Source: an uncultured Alphaproteobacteria bacterium (GTDB lineage Bacteria > Pseudomonadota > Alphaproteobacteria > Rhizobiales > Xanthobacteraceae). Taken from it: a stretch of 64,000 nt of DNA. The notes under the pieces are model-generated. The model was not told the origin of the DNA and searched no databases. It was given only the letters and a program-made list of their open reading frames with translations. Shown piece after piece: positions 50,894 through 59,380 of the stretch; the first letter of the stretch is position 1, and each line of letters starts with the position of its first letter. The position numbers and the translations under genes are program-made. The DNA is taken from NCBI GenBank assembly GCA_963829465.1, contig CAWHJE010000020.1, forward strand, positions 103,935 through 167,934, read 5' to 3'.

Positions 50894-53389
50894 ATGCCGG
50901 ATACGATCCGGAGGAGCGGGGGCTTTGCTCGTCCGTGGCGCGGCGGATTTTCGATAGCCGTCGGCGGCCTGCTTCCATTGCCGGCCCGCGCCGCCGAACA
51001 GCCAAAACTCGTTCTGCACGAACTCGTCCTCGATGCGACGCGCAGCATCGACCGGCACGAGGTCGCGGTGCTTGTGCTGATCGTCGGTCTGCTGATGTTC
51101 GCAGTGGTCACGGCCATCATGCTTCTGCGCACGCGGGCGCGGTTGTCCCGACTGGAAACCTCGTCGCACGACGAGGTGGCGGCTTTGCGCAGCGACATTG
51201 ATCGCGCCAACGCGTTGCTCTTGTCGGAACCGCAGGTGATGGTCGATTGGCCGGCGGCTTCCGACGAGCCCAGCATCGACGGCGATCCCGAGATCGTCGG
51301 CGCTTCGGCGCCGCATCGCGTGCTGGCGTTCGGGAGTTGGCTCGATCCAATCAGGGCCGCCGCGATGGAGCAGGCTGTCGAGGCCCTGCGCACCCGCGGC
51401 GAAGCGTTTGCGATGGCATTCACGACGCTCGGCGGCCGCCCGATCGAAGCGCAAGGCCGCGCCATCGCCGGTCGCGCCGTGCTTCGCCTCAAGGATGCAA
51501 GCGGCGTTAAACGCGAACTCCTCGATCTTGCCGGCCGTCACGAGGCGCTGCTGCAAGAGGTCGCTTCGCTGCGCGCCCTGGTCGAGAAACTGCCCTCGCC
51601 GATATGGATGCGTGACGCCGCGGGACGATTGAGCTTCGTCAACGCGGCCTACGCGCGGGCCGTCGAAGCAACCGGCGCTGCCGATGCCATCGAGCGAGAC
51701 CTCGAACTCCTCGACAGCTCCGCACGCCAAGGTATCGGCCGGGCACGCGCGGCTTCCGGCGCCTATTCCGGCCGATTGCCTGCGATCGTTGCCGGAACGC
51801 GGCGGAGCTTCGACGTATTCGACTTTCGCACCGACGCCGGCAGCGTTGGGCTCGGCGTCGACGCCACGGAAGCCGAGACGATGCGCAGTGCGCTCGCCCG
51901 CATGATCGATGCGCACCGCCGCACTCTCGATGCGCTTTCAACCGGCGTCGCCATGTTCGATGCCGGCCAAAAGCTGACCTTCCACAACGCCGCTTACGCG
52001 GCGCTGTGGAACCTCGATGCCGCTTACCTCGAAGGGGGCCCGACGGACTCGGCGGTGCTGGAGGAGTTGCGCGCCGCGCGCAAACTGCCGGAGGAACAGG
52101 ATTTCCGGCAATGGAAAGTGCAGCTTCATGCCGCCTATCGCGCGCTCGAGGCGCGGGAACACACCTGGCATTTACCGGACGGCCGGACTTTGCGCGTCGT
52201 CACCACGCCGAATCCGGACGGCGGCGTGACCTACCTGTTCAACGACGTGACCAAAGGGCTCGACCTCGAGCGGCGCTTTCAGGAACTGATCCGCGTTCAG
52301 GGCGAAACGCTCGACAATCTGGCCGAGGGTGTCGCCGTGTTCGGCAGCGACGGCCGCCTGCGGCTCTCCAATTCCGCCTTCGCCCGCATGTGGGCGCTAC
52401 CGCCGCAGGCTCTGGACGAGCGACCGCATATCGAGACGATCTCGGCCCTTTGCCGGCCGCTGCACGGCGGTGACGCCACGTGGCAGGCATTGCGGCAGGT
52501 CGTGACCGCGATCGACAGCCGCGAGGCCATATCGGGACGCCTCGAGCGGCGCGACGGCAGCGTCGTCGATTGCACCACCGTGCCGCTGCCGGACGGCGCT
52601 ACGCTGGTGACCTTCCACGACGTCACCGACTCCGTAAACGTCGAGCGGGCGTTGCGCGAGCGCAACGAAGCGCTCGAGGACGCCGATCGGATCAAGATCG
52701 ATTTCGTCCATCACGTGTCCTACGAATTGCGCTCTCCGCTCACCAACATCATCGGCTTTGTCCACCTGCTCGGCGATCCGAGCACTGGTCCGCTGGCGAC
52801 CAAGCAGCGCGAATATCTCGACTACATCACCGTGTCGACGAATACGCTCCTGGCGCTGATCAACAACATCCTCGATCTCGCGACCATCGACGCCGGCCGC
52901 ATGCAGCTCAATCTTGGGCCGGTCGACATCCGCGAGACCATGGCAGCCGCCGCCGAAGGTGTGCAGGATCGTCTGGTCAGCGCCGGCCTGGTCCTGGAAA
53001 TGCAGACCGCAAACGACGTCGGCAGTTTCATCGCCGACGAGCGCCGCGTACGGCAGATCCTTTTCAACCTGCTCGCCAACGCCGTGAGCTTTTCGCCGCC
53101 CGGCGGGACCGTTACGCTCTTGGCCGAGCGTCGTGCCGGCGGGTTGATTTTTGCGGTGACCGATCATGGGCCGGGGATTCCGCCCGAGGTGCTGGAAAAA
53201 GTCTTCGACTGGTTCGAAACGCATTCGCTCGGTTCGCATCATCGCGGCACGGGCATTGGTCTTTCGCTGGTGCGCTCGTTCGTCGAACTGCACGGTGGCA
53301 ATGTGGAAATCGCATCCGTCGTCGGACAGGGAACCACCGTGACGTGCACGTTCCCGATCGGCGCGGCGGTTAAATTGACCGCGGCCTAG
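50894..53389 (+). CDS. divL: DivL-like PAS sensor kinase with Tyr in place of the phospho-accepting His
   Basis: N-terminal TM segment, several PAS-like repeats, and the DHp box DFVHHVSYELRSPLTNIIGF. The normal ..SHELRTPL.. His is Tyr here (TAC 52721-52723, residue 610). An intact CA domain follows (LLANAVSF, DHGPGIP, GTGIGLSLV). Confidence 0.6.
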   Translation: MPDTIRRSGGFARPWRGGFSIAVGGLLPLPARAAEQPKLVLHELVLDATRSIDRHEVAVLVLIVGLLMFAVVTAIMLLRTRARLSRLETSSHDEVAALRSDIDRANALLLSEPQVMVDWPAASDEPSIDGDPEIVGASAPHRVLAFGSWLDPIRAAAMEQAVEALRTRGEAFAMAFTTLGGRPIEAQGRAIAGRAVLRLKDASGVKRELLDLAGRHEALLQEVASLRALVEKLPSPIWMRDAAGRLSFVNAAYARAVEATGAADAIERDLELLDSSARQGIGRARAASGAYSGRLPAIVAGTRRSFDVFDFRTDAGSVGLGVDATEAETMRSALARMIDAHRRTLDALSTGVAMFDAGQKLTFHNAAYAALWNLDAAYLEGGPTDSAVLEELRAARKLPEEQDFRQWKVQLHAAYRALEAREHTWHLPDGRTLRVVTTPNPDGGVTYLFNDVTKGLDLERRFQELIRVQGETLDNLAEGVAVFGSDGRLRLSNSAFARMWALPPQALDERPHIETISALCRPLHGGDATWQALRQVVTAIDSREAISGRLERRDGSVVDCTTVPLPDGATLVTFHDVTDSVNVERALRERNEALEDADRIKIDFVHHVSYELRSPLTNIIGFVHLLGDPSTGPLATKQREYLDYITVSTNTLLALINNILDLATIDAGRMQLNLGPVDIRETMAAAAEGVQDRLVSAGLVLEMQTANDVGSFIADERRVRQILFNLLANAVSFSPPGGTVTLLAERRAGGLIFAVTDHGPGIPPEVLEKVFDWFETHSLGSHHRGTGIGLSLVRSFVELHGGNVEIASVVGQGTTVTCTFPIGAAVKLTAA

Positions 53390-53420
53390 TATAATAATGA
53401 ACGCGTGAAAGGGCCGGGGC

Positions 53421-53795
53421 ATGAGCTTCTATCAGAATTTCGATTTGACCAATGAATTCAATATCCTGCGGCTTATTTGCGGCCTGTTCCTGCTGCCGCA
53501 TTTCTATTCCAAGGCGAGCAACCTCGATTTCACCTACAAGCTGTACGAGGACTTCAGGCTCTATCCGCCGAAAGCCTGGATTTACTCCTGCATGACGCTT
53601 GAGATTGTTTGCGCTATCGGCATGGTGTTCGCGATCCAGACGCGTTACGTCGCGCTCCTGGAAGCGATATTCCTGTTCGTCGCGGCCTGGTCCGTGTGGC
53701 GCCACAGCGGGGGAAAATGGTTGTGGCAAATCGGGGGTTACGAGTACTGCCTGTTCTGGGCGATTTGCTGCGTTGTCGTCGCCATGCACGGTTGA
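53421..53795 (+). CDS. Small 4-TM membrane protein, possibly DoxX-like
   Basis: 124 aa. NILRLICGLFLLPHFYSK resembles a DoxX motif. Lower G+C than its neighbours. The stop lies 1 nt before the tsaE ATG. Confidence 0.55.
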   Translation: MSFYQNFDLTNEFNILRLICGLFLLPHFYSKASNLDFTYKLYEDFRLYPPKAWIYSCMTLEIVCAIGMVFAIQTRYVALLEAIFLFVAAWSVWRHSGGKWLWQIGGYEYCLFWAICCVVVAMHG

Positions 53796-53796
53796 C

Positions 53797-55386
53797 ATGT
53801 TTCCACTACCGGCCGGCGCCACAAGCTTCAACATAACATTGCCGGACGAGCAGGCGACGGCGCGGTTCGCAATCGACGTCGCGGCCACGCTCGAGCCTGG
53901 CGATCTCGTGACCCTGTCGGGCGACCTCGGTGCCGGCAAGACGACGTTCGCGCGCGCGCTGATTCGTTATTTGGCCGGCAACGACACCATCGAGGTGCCC
54001 AGTCCGACATTCACATTGCTCCAGAGCTATGAGCTGCCGCGCTTCACGCTGGTGCATGCCGATCTCTACCGGCTGTCGGGCGCCGCGGAACTCGCGGAAC
54101 TGGGATTCGACGACATGCCCGTCGGCACCATCGTATTGCTGGAATGGCCCGATCGCGCCGCCGGGTTCCTGCCGCCCGACCGCCTCGACATTACCTTCAC
54201 ATTGGCGCCGCAACTCGGCAGCGAGGTTCGCAATGCCCGGGTCCTCGGCTATGGCGCCTTTGCCAGGCGCGTTGCGCGGATCGGTCTGGTGCGTGACTTC
54301 CTGGAGGAAACCGGGCTCGGCGATGTGCCGCGGCGGCGCATGGAAGGCGACGCGTCGACGCGTATCTACGAGCGCCTGGTGGTCGAGGAACAGACCATGG
54401 TGTTGATGAACGCGCCGCGCCGTCCCGATGGTCTGCCGGTGCGCGACGGCAAGCCCTACAGCGCCATCGCTCATCTCGCTGAGGATGTCGTTCCCTATGT
54501 CGCGCTAGCGCAGGGTCTGCGCGATCGCAATCTCTCGGCGCCGGCGGTCCTGCATGCCGATCTCGATCATGGGCTGATCATCATGGAGGATCTCGGCAAC
54601 GAGCGGGTGGTGGGAGGCGATCCGCCGGCGCCGATCGAAGTGCGTTACGAGGTCGCCGTCGATCTCCTGGTGTCGCTGCATCGCCGCAAACTGCCGGATC
54701 GGCTTCCGGTCGCGCCGCATCGTGAGTACCGGATTCCGTCCTACGACATGGAAGCTTTCCTGATCGAGGCCGAGCTTCTGCTCGATTGGTATTTGCCCAG
54801 CGCAAACGCCGCGGCCGCCGCCGCCGTGCGTGAGGAATTCATCGCCTTGTGGCGCGAAGCGCTCGAGCCGGCGATCGACGCACCCCAGACGTGGGTGCTG
54901 CGCGATTTTCACTCGCCCAATCTGCTGTGGCTTCCAGATCGGGAAAGCGTAGCGCGGATCGGGCTGCTGGATTTTCAGGATGCGCTGATCGGTCCCGCGG
55001 CCTACGACGTCGCCTCGCTGTTGCAGGATGCCCGCGTCGACGTGCCGGAAGCGCTGGAGGTTGCGCTATTCAGCCGCTACGCCCGCGCCCGACTTTACGA
55101 TCAGCGGTTCGACCCGGCCGCGTTCGCGAGGCTTTACGCAACGCTCGCGGCACAGCGGGCGACCAAGATCCTCGGCATCTTTGCCCGGCTTGAGCGCCGC
55201 GACGGCAAGCCGCAATATCTGCGTCATATCCCGCGCCTATTGGGCTATTTGCAACGATCACTGGCGCATCCGGATCTGGCGCCGCTCAAGGCTTGGTATG
55301 CCGCCAATTTGCCGCCAAAAGCTGGTTCAAGAGAGGGCCCGAAAGACGGCCCAAAAGACAGCTCCAGAGACGGCCAAGGAGATTGA
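53797..55386 (+). CDS. tsaE: Fusion of the t6A ATPase TsaE with an aminoglycoside-phosphotransferase-fold kinase (AmgK-like anomeric MurNAc/GlcNAc kinase)
   Basis: N-terminus ...GDLVTLSGDLGAGKTTFARALIR...SPTFTLLQSY...HADLYRL is TsaE. From about residue 170, ...GDASTRIYERL...LMNAP...LRDFHSPNLLWL...IGLLDFQDA is the APH fold. The tail carries a GPKDGPKD repeat. Confidence 0.8.
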   Translation: MFPLPAGATSFNITLPDEQATARFAIDVAATLEPGDLVTLSGDLGAGKTTFARALIRYLAGNDTIEVPSPTFTLLQSYELPRFTLVHADLYRLSGAAELAELGFDDMPVGTIVLLEWPDRAAGFLPPDRLDITFTLAPQLGSEVRNARVLGYGAFARRVARIGLVRDFLEETGLGDVPRRRMEGDASTRIYERLVVEEQTMVLMNAPRRPDGLPVRDGKPYSAIAHLAEDVVPYVALAQGLRDRNLSAPAVLHADLDHGLIIMEDLGNERVVGGDPPAPIEVRYEVAVDLLVSLHRRKLPDRLPVAPHREYRIPSYDMEAFLIEAELLLDWYLPSANAAAAAAVREEFIALWREALEPAIDAPQTWVLRDFHSPNLLWLPDRESVARIGLLDFQDALIGPAAYDVASLLQDARVDVPEALEVALFSRYARARLYDQRFDPAAFARLYATLAAQRATKILGIFARLERRDGKPQYLRHIPRLLGYLQRSLAHPDLAPLKAWYAANLPPKAGSREGPKDGPKDSSRDGQGD

Positions 55387-55446
55387 TCCCGGGATGGGTT
55401 ATGATGCGGGCGAATCGGCCGATGCGAAGGTCGGCCGGGGGAGACG

Positions 55447-56160
55447 ATGACACCCAACCGCGCCTTCGTATTGGCAGCCGGCCTCGGTACGCGCATGCGG
55501 CCGTATAATGGCAATATTCCGAAGCCGCTGGTGGAAGTCGGCAGGAAGTCGCTGATCGATTATTCGCTCGACCGCCTTGCCGTCGTCGGCGTCGAAACCG
55601 CCGTCGTCAACGTTCATCATCTTGCGGACGCGCTGGAGCGCCACCTTGCTGCACGCCAACGGCCGCACATTGTCATCTCCGATGAGCGCGCGGAATTGCT
55701 CGGGACCGGCGGCGGCATTGCCAAGGCGCTGCCGCTGCTCGGCGGCAAGCCGTTCTTTCTGGTCAATTCCGATACGGTGTGGCTCGACGGCGTCAGGCCC
55801 AATTTCACGCGGCTCGCCGAAGCGTTCGATCCGAAAGCGATGGACGCGCTGCTGCTGCTGGCGCCGACGACCGACAGCATCGGCTATACCGGGCGCGGCG
55901 ACTTCGCCATGCTGCCCGACGGCCGCTTGCGCAGGCGCGCCGAAAATCAGGTAGTGCCGTTCGTCTATGCGGGTGCGGCCATCCTGACGCCCGCGTTGTT
56001 TGCCGATGCTCCGGCCGGCGTATTTTCGCTCACCAAGCTGTTCGATCGTGCCGGCGACGCAGGCCGTCTGTACGGCTTGCGCCTCGAAGGCGTTTGGATG
56101 CATGTGGGCACGCCGGAGGCGGTCGCGGCCGCGGAAGCCGCGCTCGCCGCCACGCGCTAG
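55447..56160 (+). CDS. murU: Nucleotidyltransferase (MurU-like N-acetylmuramate-1-phosphate uridylyltransferase)
   Basis: MTPNRAFVLAAGLGTRMRPYNGNIPKPLVEV...GTGGGI...LVNSDTVW.... Adjacent to the AmgK-like domain. Confidence 0.7.
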   Translation: MTPNRAFVLAAGLGTRMRPYNGNIPKPLVEVGRKSLIDYSLDRLAVVGVETAVVNVHHLADALERHLAARQRPHIVISDERAELLGTGGGIAKALPLLGGKPFFLVNSDTVWLDGVRPNFTRLAEAFDPKAMDALLLLAPTTDSIGYTGRGDFAMLPDGRLRRRAENQVVPFVYAGAAILTPALFADAPAGVFSLTKLFDRAGDAGRLYGLRLEGVWMHVGTPEAVAAAEAALAATR

Positions 56161-56182
56161 AATCAGCTAGCTCACCTCACCA

Positions 56183-56225
56183 TCATCCTGAGGTGCCCGC
56201 GCGCGTCGCGCGGGCTTCTGGAGAC
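56183..56225. repeat. Degenerate REP-like element / GC hairpin after murU
   Basis: CATCCTGAGGTGC shares its 5' arm with the element at 16331. It contains a perfect hairpin GCCCGCGCG-CGT-CGCGCGGGC (56195-56215). Confidence 0.5.
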
Positions 56226-56235
56226 TATCAATGCC

Positions 56236-59200
56236 ATGCGGCCTCGCGTCTTCAACATTCCAGCGTCGGCGCCGTTTCTGCCGACGCTGATCAAGGCAAT
56301 TACCGGCGGCAAGCTGGGCTTCCGCCTCGCCGACGATCCGCTCGCGCTCGCTGCCGTCACACTTTATCTGCCGACGCGGCGTGCCTGCCGGCTCGCGCGC
56401 GACGCCTTTCTCGAAACGCTGAAGATCGATGCGGCGATCCTGCCGCGCATCGTCGCCATCGGCGATATCGACGAAGATGAGATCGCCTTTGCCGAAGCGG
56501 CAGCGGGTCCCATCGCCGCTGCTGCGTTGCAATTGCAGCCGGCGCTCGGCGGTCTCGAACGGCGTCTGCTGCTGACGCAACTGGTGCGCAAATGGGCGAG
56601 CGCGCCGGAAGTCCACGGGGCGAGCGGCAGTCCACTCGTCGCCCAGACGCCGGCGGCGGCCTGCGCGCTGGCCGACGACCTCGCGCGGCTCATGGACGAC
56701 ATGACGATGCGCGACGTGTCGTGGGCCAAGCTCGACGGCCTCGTGCCTGACTTCCTCGATCAATACTGGCAGCTGACGCTGAAATTCCTGGAACTGGCGC
56801 GAAGCAACTGGCCGGCGATCCTGAACGAGCGCGGCTTCATCGAACCGGCGAGGCGTCGCGACACGCTGATCAAGGCCGAAGCGGCCCGGCTCGCGCGCAA
56901 GACGGACGGCCCGGTGATCGCGGCGGGTTCCACCGGCTCGATCCCGGCGACGGCGGAATTGATCGCGACCATCGCGCACCTTCCTCATGGTGCCGTCGTG
57001 CTGCCCGGCCTCGACACCGATCTCGACGAAGACTCCTGGCGGTTGATCGCCGGGCACGAGGGCAAAGGGATTGCGCCGGCGCCGGGACAGGCCCAATACG
57101 CGCTACAGGCAATGCTTGCCCGCATCGGCGTCACGCGCGACGCGGTCGAAAACCTGGCCGAGCCGTGCGGCCGCGAGCGGCTGGTATCGGAAGTCCTGCG
57201 GCCGGCGGCGGCGACGGATCTGTGGCGGCAACGCGCGGCGGCGGCCGGTTTCGAGGCGCATGCGGACGCGGCCCTCGGCACCCTCACCATGATCGAGGCG
57301 GCCAACGCCGAGGACGAAGCGCTCGCCATCGCGGTCGCACTGCGCGAGGCGGTCGAGGAGGAAAAGACCGCCGCGCTCGTTACGCCGGATCGCGCTTTGG
57401 CGCGCCGCGTCACCGCCGCGCTCGAACGGTGGCGGATCGCGGCGGAGGATTCCGGCGGCGATCCGCTGACGGACACGCCGGCCGGCATCTTTGCCCGGCT
57501 CGCCGCCGAGTCGGCGCTTGGCGAACTTGCTCCGGTGACGCTGCTCGCGCTCCTCAAGCATCCGTTGCTGCGCATCGGCCCGCGCGACAGCGCGCGCGCG
57601 GTCGCCGCGCTCGAGCGCGCGATCCTGCGCGGACCGCGTCCGCGGCCCGGCACTGCGGGGCTAATCAGCGCACTCGAAGCGTTTCGCGTGCAGCTCGGAA
57701 AAGCGCGCAGCAAAGAGGCGTCCGAACTGCACCGCTCCGATCCGCGCATGACGCTCACTGACAGCGAACTTTCCGCCGCCGGCGATCTCGTTCGACAGCT
57801 TGGCGATGCGCTGCGGCCGCTTGAAAGCATCGGCAGGAAGGAGCAATCGCTCGGCGAGATTGCCGCGCGGCATCGCGACGTTCTGGCGGCGTTGTCGCGC
57901 GACGGCGACCGCGAGCTCGCCTTCGCCGGCTCCGACGGCACCGACGGCACCAAGCTTGCCGAGGCACTTGATGAATTGGCGACAAGCGATGCGGCTACGA
58001 CGCTCCGCATTTTGCCGTCCGATTATGTCGAGTTGTTTTCCGCGGCGCTGGCCGGTCGCGTGGTGCGGCCGCCGCCGCAAGCGGGGACGCGCGTGCGCAT
58101 CCTCGGTCTCTTGGAAGCGCGATTGACCGAGGCCGATCGCGTGGTGCTTGGTGGCCTCGTCGAGGGAGCGTGGCCACCGGAAAGCCGAACCGATGCCTGG
58201 CTCAGCCGCCCCATGCGCCAGCAACTCGGGCTCGACCTTCCGGAGCGCCGCGTCGGGCTTTCCGCGCACGACTTCGCACAAATGCTCGGCGCCCGCGAAG
58301 TGATCCTGACGCGCGCCGTCAAGATCGGCGGCGCGCCGACCGCGCCGTCGCGCTTCGTTCAGCGCCTTGCCGCCGTGGCCGGTGCGCGGCGCTGGCAGGC
58401 GGCGCTAGATCGCGGCGAAGTCTATCTCGGGTGGGCGCGCACGCTCGACCGGCCGGAAAGCGTGCATACCGTGCCGCGCCCGGCGCCGAAGCCGCCACGC
58501 GCGATACGGCCGAAGCGCCTTTCGGTCACCGAGATCGAGCACTGGCTGCGCGATCCGTACACCATCTACGCCAAGCACGTGTTGTGCCTGGCACCGCTCG
58601 ATGAGGTGGATGCAGCGCCAGGCGCGTCCGAGCGCGGCACGGTCATCCACAATGTGCTGCGCGAATTCAGCGAGTGCTTCGCCGACCATCTTCCTTCCGA
58701 TCCGGCGGCTGAACTGATCGCGATGGGAAAAAAGCATTTTGCGGCGCTCGAAGAGTTCCCGGAAGCCCGGGCGTTCTGGTGGCCGCGGTTCCGCCGTATC
58801 GCGCAATGGTTCGGCGGCTGGGAAGCCGGGCGGCGCGCGAACTTCACACTCGTTGCAGCCGAGGTCCGCGGCGCGATCGAAATTCCGCTGAAGGACGGCG
58901 TGTTCACGCTGAGCGGCGTCGCTGACCGCATCGAACGCGACAGTGACGGACGCTACGTCATCCTCGACTACAAGACCGGCTCGTTGCGGACCGAACGGCA
59001 GGTGCGTACCGGGCTTGCGCCGCAACTCACGCTCGAAGCGGCCATGCTGCGCCGGGGTGGATTCAATACCGTACCGATTCCTGCCGGCGGCTCGGTGGCT
59101 ACCCTTGCTTACGTGGCGCTCAAGGGTGGGGCGCGCGCCGGCGAATTCATGCCGCTCGATTTCAAGGAGGGCACGCCGGACGGCCAGGCCGATCGGGCCT

Positions 59201-59370
59201 TTGAAAAGCTTTCGGCCCTGGTGCGGCGGTTCGACGACGACAACGAGCCCTATCGCTCGCTCGTGCATCCGATGTGGAAGGCACGCTACGGCGATTACGA
59301 CCACCTCGCACGCGTCAAGGAGTGGTCGGCCACCGGCGGCCCCGAAGACGACATTCCTGGTGCTCCATGA
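56236..59370 (+). CDS. addB: Double-strand break repair protein AddB (alphaproteobacterial type)
   Basis: 1044 aa. MRPRVFNIPASAPFLPTLI.... C-terminal PD-(D/E)xK-like region ...GVADRIERDSDGRYVILDYKTG.... Directly upstream of addA. Confidence 0.9.
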   Translation: MRPRVFNIPASAPFLPTLIKAITGGKLGFRLADDPLALAAVTLYLPTRRACRLARDAFLETLKIDAAILPRIVAIGDIDEDEIAFAEAAAGPIAAAALQLQPALGGLERRLLLTQLVRKWASAPEVHGASGSPLVAQTPAAACALADDLARLMDDMTMRDVSWAKLDGLVPDFLDQYWQLTLKFLELARSNWPAILNERGFIEPARRRDTLIKAEAARLARKTDGPVIAAGSTGSIPATAELIATIAHLPHGAVVLPGLDTDLDEDSWRLIAGHEGKGIAPAPGQAQYALQAMLARIGVTRDAVENLAEPCGRERLVSEVLRPAAATDLWRQRAAAAGFEAHADAALGTLTMIEAANAEDEALAIAVALREAVEEEKTAALVTPDRALARRVTAALERWRIAAEDSGGDPLTDTPAGIFARLAAESALGELAPVTLLALLKHPLLRIGPRDSARAVAALERAILRGPRPRPGTAGLISALEAFRVQLGKARSKEASELHRSDPRMTLTDSELSAAGDLVRQLGDALRPLESIGRKEQSLGEIAARHRDVLAALSRDGDRELAFAGSDGTDGTKLAEALDELATSDAATTLRILPSDYVELFSAALAGRVVRPPPQAGTRVRILGLLEARLTEADRVVLGGLVEGAWPPESRTDAWLSRPMRQQLGLDLPERRVGLSAHDFAQMLGAREVILTRAVKIGGAPTAPSRFVQRLAAVAGARRWQAALDRGEVYLGWARTLDRPESVHTVPRPAPKPPRAIRPKRLSVTEIEHWLRDPYTIYAKHVLCLAPLDEVDAAPGASERGTVIHNVLREFSECFADHLPSDPAAELIAMGKKHFAALEEFPEARAFWWPRFRRIAQWFGGWEAGRRANFTLVAAEVRGAIEIPLKDGVFTLSGVADRIERDSDGRYVILDYKTGSLRTERQVRTGLAPQLTLEAAMLRRGGFNTVPIPAGGSVATLAYVALKGGARAGEFMPLDFKEGTPDGQADRAFEKLSALVRRFDDDNEPYRSLVHPMWKARYGDYDHLARVKEWSATGGPEDDIPGAP

Positions 59371-59380
59371 GGGCGCCGCG

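Noticed and set aside
50753-51916. 387-aa minus-strand ORF, plus 52397..53422
   Set aside because: Both are antisense to the DivL-like kinase gene. They are shadow ORFs.
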